A stretch of 64,000 bases of DNA from an uncultured archaeon (GTDB taxonomy: Archaea > Asgardarchaeota > Lokiarchaeia > Sigyniarchaeales > SOKP01). The notes beneath the pieces were generated by a model. The model ran no database searches. It worked only from the letters and a program-made list of their open reading frames with translations, and was not told the origin of the DNA. The stretch's first letter is position 1. Each line of letters opens with the position of its first letter. Below are positions 48,125 to 57,813 of this stretch, one piece after another. The stretch lies in assembly GCA_964409945.1 (NCBI GenBank), contig CAYPFJ010000013.1, positions 1,996 through 65,995 on the forward strand. The letters are read 5' to 3'. The position numbers were made by a program, and so were the translations under genes.

Positions 48125-49531
48125 ATGAAACCTATTTGTCTAACGATAGCGGGAGCAGATCCTACTTCTGGTGCTGGAATTCAAGCAGATATAAGAACAT
48201 TTGACAGATGTGGCGTTCACCCATTTTCTGTTATTACTGCGATAACTTATCAAACAGCTACTAAATTTTATGGATATCAATCTCTTTCAGATATATTAGA
48301 TAAGCAATTAGATACTGTATTAACCGCCTATCCTATAAAATATGTAAAAATTGGCATGATTCCAGATGTTAAAGCACTAGATATCATTGTAGATTTTATT
48401 AAGAAATATAATTTGAATGTTGTATTCGATACTGTTTCAGTTTCTAGTGCTGGAGAAAGATTATCTAGCGAGGATTTAGAATTAGAAATTGAAAGAACAA
48501 TATTTCCGTATGCAAAAATAATTACACCTAATGTCGTAGAAGCAGCAATCTATTCAAATAGAGATATAAACAATGAAACAAAAAAAGATGTTGATGATCT
48601 CAAGAAAGCAGCTGAAATTCTACTTAAGAAGTTGTATGTAAAGAAAAATTCACACTATGTTGAAAAAGCAGTAGTTATTAAAGGTGTGAAAAGTAATCAC
48701 GATAATATTATAGATTTAGTTCTGATGAATAAAAAAACAAATGGTATTATGCAGAAAGAATTTCAAGTATTTAAGAAAAAAAAGGTTCTATTTAAAGGTA
48801 ATGTTCATGGGACCGGATGTGTATTTTCTTCTGCAATTGCTGCCTTTTTGGCTAAAAATTGTTCTTTAGAAGATGCTATCATTAAAGCAGAAGATTTTTT
48901 TGATAATAAATTTCAATCTTTCATCGAACTGCCAGATAATGGAAAACTAATTGATTTAACTACCGTCGATGAGCGTTTTAATGTTATAAATCAGATAAAA
49001 GAAATCTACAACGTTATATCTCAGTCAAAAAAGTTCAGTGTATTGATTCCTGAAGTAAGAATGAATATATCTTGTTCACTTCCGAACGCTGTTACAAAAG
49101 ATGATATTGCAGGCATAGAAGGAAGAATAACAATTGTAAATGAGTTTCCAAAAGCTTCAGGTGAAATTAAATTTGGGGTATCAGATCATACGGCTAGACT
49201 GCTTATCTCTGCGAAAGAGTTTGATAATTCTATTAATTTTGTAATGAATTTAAAATATAATCCAGACTGGATAACTTTAATTAAAGAAAACACAAATTTA
49301 GTGTTAAAAGAAATTATAAGAGAAGATCAGCCAGAAAAAGTTAAAGAAAAAGAATTTTCTACAATGCAATGGTTAATAAAAGAAAGTATTAATAAGTTTG
49401 GTAAAATTCCCGATATTATTTGGGACAAGGGTTCCTTAGGAAAAGAACCAATGATGAGATTATTTGGCAAAAATTCTAAGGAGATGATATCAAAACTCAA
49501 TAAAATTATTGAATTAATCAATAATGAATAA
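48125..49531 (+). CDS. thiDN: Bifunctional hydroxymethylpyrimidine/phosphomethylpyrimidine kinase + ThiN-type thiamine-phosphate synthase (archaeal ThiDN)
   Basis: The ThiD N-terminus is ICLTIAGADPTSGAGIQADIRTF and GTGCVFSSAIAAFLA. It is followed by a ~190-aa C-terminal ThiN-like domain. Confidence 0.88.
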   Translation: MKPICLTIAGADPTSGAGIQADIRTFDRCGVHPFSVITAITYQTATKFYGYQSLSDILDKQLDTVLTAYPIKYVKIGMIPDVKALDIIVDFIKKYNLNVVFDTVSVSSAGERLSSEDLELEIERTIFPYAKIITPNVVEAAIYSNRDINNETKKDVDDLKKAAEILLKKLYVKKNSHYVEKAVVIKGVKSNHDNIIDLVLMNKKTNGIMQKEFQVFKKKKVLFKGNVHGTGCVFSSAIAAFLAKNCSLEDAIIKAEDFFDNKFQSFIELPDNGKLIDLTTVDERFNVINQIKEIYNVISQSKKFSVLIPEVRMNISCSLPNAVTKDDIAGIEGRITIVNEFPKASGEIKFGVSDHTARLLISAKEFDNSINFVMNLKYNPDWITLIKENTNLVLKEIIREDQPEKVKEKEFSTMQWLIKESINKFGKIPDIIWDKGSLGKEPMMRLFGKNSKEMISKLNKIIELINNE

Positions 49532-49536
49532 ATATC

Positions 49537-50871
49537 TTACTTTTTAGATTTCTTTTTACTTTCTAAAGCATCTTTTAAAAGTTTAATAGCACAGAATTCT
49601 CCACACATACTACAAACTTCATTATCAATAGCATTTCCATTTCTATAATGAACTTCCCTTGCTAAATCTGGATCAATGGAATGTTTAATCATTGCTTCCC
49701 AATCTAAATTCTTTCTGGCAATGTCCATTTTATAATCCCAATTTGAGACTCTTTTACCATATTTAGCAATATTGACAGCGTGAGCTGCGATTTTAGATGC
49801 AATCACACCTCTTTTAACTTCTTCTTTTGTAGGAAGTCCTAGATGTTCTGAAGGAGTCACATAGCACAAATAATCAGCTCCTGCTAATCCTGCTATAGTT
49901 CCTCCAATTGCACTTACAAGATCATCATATCCAGGAGCTATATCAGTGACTAATGGTCCTAATACGTAAAACGGTGCTTCATCGCATAATGATTTTTGCA
50001 GCTTAATATTCATCTCAATTTCATTAGCAGGAATATGCCCAGGACCCTCAACCATAACTTGGACATCTGCTTTCCATGCTCGCTTAACTAGTTTAGAAAT
50101 TTCAAGCAGCTCCTGTATTTGAGCATAATCTGTGGAGTCAAAAATACAACCAGGACGCATCCCATCTCCTAAAGATAATGTAAAGTCATATTCTTGAGCC
50201 ATTTCAAGGAGATAATCAAATCTGTGATTAAAAGGATTTTCTGTCTCATTTTCTAAAATCCAAGATGCTAGAAAAGTTCCACCTCTCGATACAACTCCCA
50301 TCGTCCGAGGATGATCAACTAAATAATCTACAATTTCTTTTGTAACTCCAACATGGATAGTAAAAAAATCAACACCTTCTTTTGCTTGCTCTTCTACAAT
50401 ATTAAACATATCATCTTCATCCATATGGATAATAGCTCCTTTAGTCTCGATAGCTCTCAGAGCAGACTGATATATAGGTACAGTGCCTATAGGGACTTTA
50501 AGTTCATCAAGTATGTGCTTTCTAATAGTTTGAACATTTGACTCAGATATGCCAGTACTTAGATCCATAACCGTATCTGCACCATATTTAACAGCTATTT
50601 TAGCTTTTTCAACTTCTTCATCAATATTGCAAACAGTTTTAGAAGAACCAACATTCGCGTTAATTTTTACTAATAATCCCTTTCCAATACCAATAGGAGG
50701 ATCTAATTCTCTTCTATTTGAGTTAGGTATAATTATTCTTCCTTTTTCTATCCCTCGCCTTATGAAATCAACATCAACTTGCTCATTTTTAGCAACAATC
50801 TCCATTTCTTTGGTAATATTTCCGTTCTTGGCTGTTTTCATTAATGTAGACAAGTCTTTGAACCTTCTCAC
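49537..50871 (-). CDS. thiC: Phosphomethylpyrimidine synthase ThiC (radical SAM)
   Basis: VMDLSTG, TIHVGV, MVEGPGH, and the C-terminal Fe-S motif CSMCGEFCAIK. Confidence 0.95.
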   Translation of the reverse strand: MRRFKDLSTLMKTAKNGNITKEMEIVAKNEQVDVDFIRRGIEKGRIIIPNSNRRELDPPIGIGKGLLVKINANVGSSKTVCNIDEEVEKAKIAVKYGADTVMDLSTGISESNVQTIRKHILDELKVPIGTVPIYQSALRAIETKGAIIHMDEDDMFNIVEEQAKEGVDFFTIHVGVTKEIVDYLVDHPRTMGVVSRGGTFLASWILENETENPFNHRFDYLLEMAQEYDFTLSLGDGMRPGCIFDSTDYAQIQELLEISKLVKRAWKADVQVMVEGPGHIPANEIEMNIKLQKSLCDEAPFYVLGPLVTDIAPGYDDLVSAIGGTIAGLAGADYLCYVTPSEHLGLPTKEEVKRGVIASKIAAHAVNIAKYGKRVSNWDYKMDIARKNLDWEAMIKHSIDPDLAREVHYRNGNAIDNEVCSMCGEFCAIKLLKDALESKKKSKK

Positions 50872-51011
50872 AACATTTTTTTAATATATCTCTAAACGAT
50901 ACTCTATTATAAAGTAATAATGATAAAATTATATTATTTTGTTTTATTAATTAAAAGTTCTAACTAGCCTAAGTTCTCAAGAAATTAAAAAAAAAGTTAT
51001 TTATTATTTTA

Positions 51012-51332
51012 TTATTCAGGAACCTTAAATCCAGCAATTCCAGCTGCTTCTTCAAATGTATACCAAACATCTACCGAGTATTCACAATTTTCAATATTAA
51101 CAAATTCATAGAACTATTTTCTAAAATAAGCTAATGCTTGTTCAAGTTTTCCTGGTTTTATTTCCCAGATGCTTTTAACTATTACACCATTTTCAGTTGT
51201 CGTTACAGGGGCACAAAGTTGTTCTGCGACATTTTCATCAGTTTTATATTTAGGTGATATTTGAAGATATTTTTTTACAACCTCATTTTGTATATGGCTT
51301 GGATATTTAATGGTTGCAATTATGTATGGCAT
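51012..51332 (-). CDS. Small hypothetical protein (family member B); 72 codons, in-frame TAG (51114..51116), then 33 more homologous codons
   Basis: The track ORF 51114..51332 ends in TAG. The same frame continues FYEFVNIENCEYSVDVWYTFEEAAGIAGFKVPE to a TAA at 51012, and this tail aligns with the C-terminus of the neighbouring paralog. Confidence 0.55.
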
Positions 51333-51356
51333 ATTTAATACCTCTCTTACATTTTT

Positions 51357-51698
51357 TTATACTTCTGGTGGTGGTGTCATGCCTAATATCTTATAGGCTT
51401 CAGTAAAATCCATGAATATATCAGTTTTATATCTTAAACCATCAATTTTGGATGCTAAGAACAGATTTTGTTTAGTGTTGATTTGTAAGGCTTCTTTTTC
51501 TTTTCCTTTCATTATTTCACCAATACCCTAAGCCAGTATATATCCATTCTCATCGGAAGAAATGGCTATACATAAGTTTTTCTCTACGGTTTTATCGGGA
51601 GGATTATCTTTAAGCCAATCTACAAAACTCTTAGCTATTTTATTTGCTTGATCTGGTGGAAACCAAACTCTGTTAAAAAGAATTGTAATTTTCGACAC
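51357..51698 (-). CDS. Small hypothetical protein (family member A); GTG start, in-frame TAG at 51528..51530
   Basis: My translation is (M)SKITILFNRVWFPPDQANKIAKSFVDWLKDNPPDKTVEKNLCIAISSDENGYILA-TAG-GIGEIMKGKEKEALQINTKQNLFLASKIDGLRYKTDIFMDFTEAYKILGMTPPPEV. It is collinear with member B on both sides of the TAG, and was missed by the ORF track. Confidence 0.55.
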
Positions 51699-51945
51699 CT
51701 TTATAATGATTTTTAGTAATTAGATTTCGTTGCAAGTCTAAATATGAAGGTTTGATATTTAAATATTTACGTTTCTGTCAGAAAAAATAAATGATTTTAT
51801 TACCATAAAACACTTTTAGAAGTTTTAATAGAGATCCAGTTAGTTTATAGGTTTAAAGTTGATCAAAATATATAAATATAATAATAAGAACTTGATATTC
51901 AATCCAATTTTTTAAAATAAAAAATTAAAAAAAATAAGATGTAAA

Positions 51946-54900
51946 ATGTGTATTCTTAAATCAAACTATAATAAAAAGTCGATTATTTTCCTGTTTATAA
52001 TTACTGGTTTTCTCTTTTACCCAAATATAGCAAATATAGAAGCCAAAATTAAAAAAGTAGAAGATAAGTCAAGTTTCCAAGAAATTAATCTTAATCAATC
52101 GCAATACGATACAAAGAAGGTTCCAAAATGGGAGGAACAATATTTAAATATTGATCAAGACCAAAATGGTATAGATGATAAACTCGACGTTAGGTTAAAA
52201 CATTTATCACAATTTAGATATATTGATGAAGAAAGGGAAAGTTCAAGAAATATGAATAATATTGATGATGTCTTTGGAATTAGGTCTCAAAAAACAGAAA
52301 AAATCACATTTGAAGATGTTCCTATTATTATTTCGTTCCCTAAAGGAAATTACGATTCAAATTTACTTTTATTTAAAGCTCTAGGAGGTAGGATAAAATC
52401 AACCTATACTACAGCGATAAACGGATTCTCAGGTAGTATTAGCTGTGATTCCTTAATTGAATTTTGTACAATGTTGAAGCAAAATGAGATACAATTTTTA
52501 GTTGAGGAAGATAAACTCTATAACGCACAATTATATTATACGGGTAGAAATATGAATCTTAGACCTTATGTTTGGAATACACTATCGTATGATGGAGATG
52601 AGTATAGCTCAATTGCTATAATTGATACAGGAATAGATGATTCACACAACTTCTTCTCTCCTGGTTATTCAGATGGTGATTTTTCCTACAAAATTGTAGG
52701 GTGGAGGGATGAAGTAAATGGAGTACTTACTCCTTATGATGATAATGGTCACGGTTCCCATTGTTCTGGAATTTCAACAGGAGAAGGAAGCCCCAATTAC
52801 GACATATCAGGACGATCTGTTGCCACTGCCGCGTATGGTTTCAATTATACCGGTTGGTATATAGAATCAGGAGTATATGAATTTAATTGGGCAAGATTTA
52901 ACGTAACAGATCCTGGTATAATAGACCTTTTCTGTGAATTTGATGATTTTACTCCAGGTGTTGATGATGTTGATTTTTGGGTATATCTTTATTATGGAGA
53001 AACTATAGTTGATTCGTATGAGATAAATTCTGACTCTTGGTCTCATACGCTTTCGTACACTGCAAACAGTAGTACCCTAGGGATATATTCTTTTAGATTT
53101 ATAATGAATCTAATTGACAATAATGGAGATTCTTTAATTGGTAATTTTACATCTAGGTTCAGAAGCGAAATACATTGGCCTTTTAACCCATTTCTTTTTG
53201 GGAGTGGAGATCCATGGCAAGGAGTAGCTCCTGATGCTCATCTTGTTGGGGTTAAGGTGCTTGACCAAGAAGGTTCTGGCTGGAGTTCGGATATAATCGA
53301 TGGTATAAATTGGATAATAAATAACAAGATGATTTATAATATAACTACAATATCCATGAGCCTTGGAGGCGGACCAGGTGACTTAGCATTGATTAATGCT
53401 GTAAATAATGCTGTTGAGAATGGAATTGTAACCGTTGTTGCGGCAGGAAATTCTGGTCCAGGATATAATTTTATTGGATCTCCTGGAGATGCAGATAATG
53501 TAATAACGGTTGCTGCAATGAGTATAAATGACGAGATAACTGACTACAGTAGTCAAGGTGGTTTATCATATACGGGAAAAACTATTAAACCTGATATAAC
53601 GGCACCTGGTGGAAGTGTTAATAATTTGCAAATGTTTTCTACTGATACAAATGATAATGATGCTTATGGTATGTATCCTACTGACGGCTATGCAAATGAT
53701 ATGGAGGGTGCTCAAGGAACTTCAATGGCAACTCCTGCTGTCGCTGGTGCCTCAAACTTATTAATTGAAGCTTTAGGCGGTCATGAAAACTGGAATTATA
53801 CCGCAACCGAAGCTAAAAGAGTTAAAGCATTGTTATTAATGTCAGCTACTGAAACTTTTCCATTACTAAGAGAAACTCCTTATAGTCTTTATTCACCTGT
53901 TCTTAATCGTGGTGGTAAAGATGTACATGAAGGATATGGAAGGCTTAATATTGATATTGCAATAGAAGCATACACTCAAAAACTGAATTTAGGGGCACAA
54001 TGTAATGCTTGGATCTCAAGTAGTTCTGATAATTCATTCAATAAACATGGTTTAGGCTGTTATGTAAATCTTATTAAAGGAAATTCCTATATTTTTACCT
54101 TAGATGTCCCAAATGGAGCAGATTTTGATTTTCATTTATATTCTAATAGTCCATCCCCAATAGGAGAACCTATTATGGTAGCTTCAAGTACTTCAACTGG
54201 TTTAGGAAAAGATGAAGTGATAACTTTTACAGCAGCAGAAACAAGTAAGTATTATTTAATTGCGAAAGCAATTTCTGGTGAAGGAAATGCGGTTATCTCT
54301 TATCCTATTCTTGATCATGATATACATGTTTTTTTGCAAGCTCCTACTACTCCAGAATTTAATATTACGTATGTAATTAATGCAACTGTAGTCAATACTG
54401 GTATCAATGCAGAAGCTAATGTTGATCTGATATTGTACCTTAATGGTGTGGTTATAAATTCTACTTCTTTATCTACTCTTCCTGTCGGTGCAAATAAAAC
54501 AATAAGTTATGAATGGAAACCAATTGTCTATAAAACTTACAATTTCACATGTTATTCTCCACCGATACCAGGTGAAACTATATTTGTAAATAATATAGCT
54601 ACGAAGTTAGTAACACTTTCTACCTTAAGAAACTACACCATGGATATAGGTAATCCTTATACTTGGATAGATGCTTCTGGTGGTCAAGAGTTAATTTTAA
54701 CGGATGATGATTATTCAGCAATACCTCTGCCTTTTGAATTTCAGTTTTATAATGAGACATTTTCAACTATCTATATAAGTTCAAATGGATACCTCAGTTT
54801 CACCGATACATCACCTTATTGGTTTTATAATATTCCTTTCCCTTCAAGTAATCCCTATCATGCATACATGATTTCTCCATTTTGGGATGATCTAAACCCC

Positions 54901-56664
54901 TCTGATGGAGGACATATCTTTATACAATCATTTGGAAGCTATTGGGTCGCAGAATGGCAAGGTATTCATCATTATAGTGGTCCTTTAGTTGGTTCATTTC
55001 AAGTTATTTTATATAAATCAGGAAGAATTGTATTTAACTATGATTATATTGATTATATTGATCCTTACAACAATTATACATGTGGTTTAAACTTAGGAGT
55101 AGATACAAGATACTATAATTTATATGATGGTATAAGCAATCTTACTAATGATTTTTCAATTAAATTTACTCCTTGGTTTTCAGAATTAGATCATGATCTA
55201 AGAGTTTCTTTAGAGGTTCCAGACTTTCCAAACATTAATAACACATACCTTATAAATGCAACTATTACCAATACAGGCAATAATAATGAATCTAATGTGG
55301 ATTTGTTCTTATATCTTGATGGTATACCTGTAAATTCTACTTTTATTTCTTTCCTTCAAGTAGGAGAAAGTGAAACCATTAATTATATGTGGAATATTTC
55401 TTTATATACGAGTTATAATTTAACTGCGTATGCACCACCTTTATTTAATGAACCATATATAGATAACAACTTAGTTACCAAGATTTTACGAGTAAGAAAA
55501 ATCGCGATATTCGATTATATGTTCATCAACTATACTTTTTCAATTTTCGGTACAAATATGTCTGCAATGTTCACTTATTATTATGATTCAGGTTCTATAT
55601 TCAATGTCGAATGGTTAATGAATTCTTTTGATGCATATTGGGATGTTGATGTCCAAACAAGGATTATGTCAAATGCATATGGCGGTTATAATTTTGGGAG
55701 TGGTATTCATACTCCCATCTGGATTTTTCCAGATATTTCATTAGGGAATGAGATTTTAATTGCTGTTGATTATGAAGGTGATCATGTTTTCAATGTATCA
55801 GGAGAATTTATGTATGAGAAACCTGGCTTTGGGCAAGTAGAAGTCTGGGAGCTTAAAGATTTATCTTTTCCAGGAGGAGTTGCATGGTATGAGAAAACTA
55901 CAGGAATACTCATGAATGGTACATTTTTTTATTTTACAGGAGGTAATTTCAATTATTCGTTCAAGTTTATAGATACAGGGATTTATACGCCACCACTAGG
56001 TCCTTTCTATCTTTTTTCAACTTCTTACGATGATGATGATGGAAATTTCGATTTGTATTGGACTACATCAGATAATGCTGTAAACTACTCTGTATATCAA
56101 TATTCAAGTTTTATAACTAAAATTAATGGAAGTTTAACACCTTTAGCTGATGAGATTACAGATTTTACGTTTCCTATAAGAGACTATTCTGAAGGAACTT
56201 ATTATTTTATTGCTGTAGCACATAACAAAAACGACGATATTAAATCTAATTGTATTTTGGTGACTGTTCAATTTCCTATTCCTGAATCTCTCACTATTAC
56301 AAATCCAGATAGTTCAAGTTCATGGGAAGTAGGAACCTCTCATTACATTAATTGGAACTCTACCGGTAATATTTATTTTATCAATATTGAACTCTACAAA
56401 GGTAGTATATTTGAAATGGTTATATATTCAAGTAAGATTAATAACGGTGAATATCGTTGGAAAATACCCTCTAATTTCAATGCATCTGATGACTATCAGA
56501 TAAAGATCAGTGATCTTTATAATTCCACAACTTTTGATTTCAGTGATTATTTTGAAATTAAAAGTCCATCAAGAGCATCCCGAATTCCAGGGTACAACGT
56601 TTTCATAATTATAGGGGCTTTATCTCTCTTGTCAATAATTTTAGTAAAAAAAAGAATCAAATAA
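51946..56664 (+). CDS. Giant secreted/cell-surface subtilisin-like serine protease (peptidase S8) with multiple accessory domains
   Basis: The N-terminus has a signal/TM segment (IIFLFIITGFLFYP). The catalytic triad contexts are AIIDTGIDDSH, HGSHCSG and GTSMATPAVAG. After the catalytic domain come a PPC domain (NSYIFTLDVPNGADFDFHLY) and CARDB-like segments (VINATVVNTGINAEANVDLILYLNG, LINATITNTGNNNESNVDLFLYLDG). A NIDO-like segment follows (IYISSNGYLSF...ISPFWDDL). The C-terminus is IPGYNVFIIIGALSLLSIILVKKRIK. There are many N-x-S/T sequons. Confidence 0.9.
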   Translation: MCILKSNYNKKSIIFLFIITGFLFYPNIANIEAKIKKVEDKSSFQEINLNQSQYDTKKVPKWEEQYLNIDQDQNGIDDKLDVRLKHLSQFRYIDEERESSRNMNNIDDVFGIRSQKTEKITFEDVPIIISFPKGNYDSNLLLFKALGGRIKSTYTTAINGFSGSISCDSLIEFCTMLKQNEIQFLVEEDKLYNAQLYYTGRNMNLRPYVWNTLSYDGDEYSSIAIIDTGIDDSHNFFSPGYSDGDFSYKIVGWRDEVNGVLTPYDDNGHGSHCSGISTGEGSPNYDISGRSVATAAYGFNYTGWYIESGVYEFNWARFNVTDPGIIDLFCEFDDFTPGVDDVDFWVYLYYGETIVDSYEINSDSWSHTLSYTANSSTLGIYSFRFIMNLIDNNGDSLIGNFTSRFRSEIHWPFNPFLFGSGDPWQGVAPDAHLVGVKVLDQEGSGWSSDIIDGINWIINNKMIYNITTISMSLGGGPGDLALINAVNNAVENGIVTVVAAGNSGPGYNFIGSPGDADNVITVAAMSINDEITDYSSQGGLSYTGKTIKPDITAPGGSVNNLQMFSTDTNDNDAYGMYPTDGYANDMEGAQGTSMATPAVAGASNLLIEALGGHENWNYTATEAKRVKALLLMSATETFPLLRETPYSLYSPVLNRGGKDVHEGYGRLNIDIAIEAYTQKLNLGAQCNAWISSSSDNSFNKHGLGCYVNLIKGNSYIFTLDVPNGADFDFHLYSNSPSPIGEPIMVASSTSTGLGKDEVITFTAAETSKYYLIAKAISGEGNAVISYPILDHDIHVFLQAPTTPEFNITYVINATVVNTGINAEANVDLILYLNGVVINSTSLSTLPVGANKTISYEWKPIVYKTYNFTCYSPPIPGETIFVNNIATKLVTLSTLRNYTMDIGNPYTWIDASGGQELILTDDDYSAIPLPFEFQFYNETFSTIYISSNGYLSFTDTSPYWFYNIPFPSSNPYHAYMISPFWDDLNPSDGGHIFIQSFGSYWVAEWQGIHHYSGPLVGSFQVILYKSGRIVFNYDYIDYIDPYNNYTCGLNLGVDTRYYNLYDGISNLTNDFSIKFTPWFSELDHDLRVSLEVPDFPNINNTYLINATITNTGNNNESNVDLFLYLDGIPVNSTFISFLQVGESETINYMWNISLYTSYNLTAYAPPLFNEPYIDNNLVTKILRVRKIAIFDYMFINYTFSIFGTNMSAMFTYYYDSGSIFNVEWLMNSFDAYWDVDVQTRIMSNAYGGYNFGSGIHTPIWIFPDISLGNEILIAVDYEGDHVFNVSGEFMYEKPGFGQVEVWELKDLSFPGGVAWYEKTTGILMNGTFFYFTGGNFNYSFKFIDTGIYTPPLGPFYLFSTSYDDDDGNFDLYWTTSDNAVNYSVYQYSSFITKINGSLTPLADEITDFTFPIRDYSEGTYYFIAVAHNKNDDIKSNCILVTVQFPIPESLTITNPDSSSSWEVGTSHYINWNSTGNIYFINIELYKGSIFEMVIYSSKINNGEYRWKIPSNFNASDDYQIKISDLYNSTTFDFSDYFEIKSPSRASRIPGYNVFIIIGALSLLSIILVKKRIK

Positions 56665-56700
56665 AATCTTTTTTTTTTTAATCGTTTAAACTGTAAGTTA

Positions 56701-57168
56701 TTACATTCCCATTTTTAATTGTTTTAAAAGTTCGATTAAAGATTCAGTTAATTTGTAGTTTTTAAGCTGATCAAAAGGTACAAATCTCGCATCAAGGGCG
56801 TCATCTGCTGCCTTAGGTGGCTGATTTAAATCCCCATCTATTTGTTCAACAAAATAATTGATTAACACATAATGATATTCAATTTTACCTGTTTTATCAT
56901 ACATAATTTTGTCAATAATGCCAGCCAATTTTGAAACCTTCACTTTAAACCCTGTTTCTTCAAAAGCTTCTCTCTCTGCTGCTACTTCCACCTTTTCTCC
57001 AAGATCTAAATGTCCTCCAGGAATGCTCCAATACCCTGCATCAGGATTATATTTTCTTTTTACTAATAATAGATGATTATCACGTGTTAATAAAACACCT
57101 ACTCCTATATGTGGCCTCACTGGATATTTTCGTGTATCAAAAGCTGTTAATTTTTCTTTATCTACCAT
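56701..57168 (-). CDS. NUDIX hydrolase
   Basis: The Nudix box is GGHLDLGEKVEVAAEREAFEETGF. Confidence 0.9.
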   Translation of the reverse strand: MVDKEKLTAFDTRKYPVRPHIGVGVLLTRDNHLLLVKRKYNPDAGYWSIPGGHLDLGEKVEVAAEREAFEETGFKVKVSKLAGIIDKIMYDKTGKIEYHYVLINYFVEQIDGDLNQPPKAADDALDARFVPFDQLKNYKLTESLIELLKQLKMGM

Positions 57169-57392
57169 ATTTCAAAATTTGATAGCACATTTTAGGTTAT
57201 AAAACGAGAGAACTATTATAAAGATTCATTAATCATCATATTTATAGAAAACTTGAGATAGTCATATTCTTTAAAAGTTAAAAGCAGTTTAGACTCCAGA
57301 AATAATTTTAATCGAATGAAAAATATAAATAGGAAAATGATTAGTTATATCTCAAGGTTGGGAATAATCTTTTTTTCCAAATTAAAAACAAT

Positions 57393-57620
57393 ATGGCGAA
57401 AATGGAAATGAAAAATATAAGATTGAATTCTATAAAAGATAAAATTTTACTGAAAACGATTCTTATTTTAGTATTTTTTACTTCTGCTGGGGTAAAGAAC
57501 ATAAATTTAACTTTAACATCTAAAGATAGCTTAAATAATTCTATTTTATTTGCCTCTGAAAATGTTCATATTGATTTTAGAATATCAATACATAAGAATA
57601 TCCAAGATGATAAAAAATAA
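57393..57620 (+). CDS. Possible small membrane protein
   Basis: 75-aa ORF with one hydrophobic segment (ILLKTILILVFFTSAGV). No other support. Confidence 0.25.
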   Translation: MAKMEMKNIRLNSIKDKILLKTILILVFFTSAGVKNINLTLTSKDSLNNSILFASENVHIDFRISIHKNIQDDKK

Positions 57621-57813
57621 TTAATAATTATTTTTTCTACAATTTTTTTTGAATAGATTAATCCAATACTCTAAATTTCTATAGCCATTCACATCTATTC
57701 TTGAATAAATTGACCATTATGTAAACAAGACATTATATAGGTGAGTTTCATTTAATTCTAATATTACATAATATCTAAATAGAGAAATCACAATAAAAGT
57801 AAGTTAGAACATC

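Noticed and set aside
50872-51011. TPP (THI-box) riboswitch upstream of thiC
   Set aside because: I looked on the minus strand for the conserved CUGAGA ... ACCUGAUCUGGAUAAUGCCAGC core. Only a lone UGAGA occurs (cttgagaac), with no pairing partners or GC-rich helices. Part of this interval is in fact the read-through tail of small paralog B.
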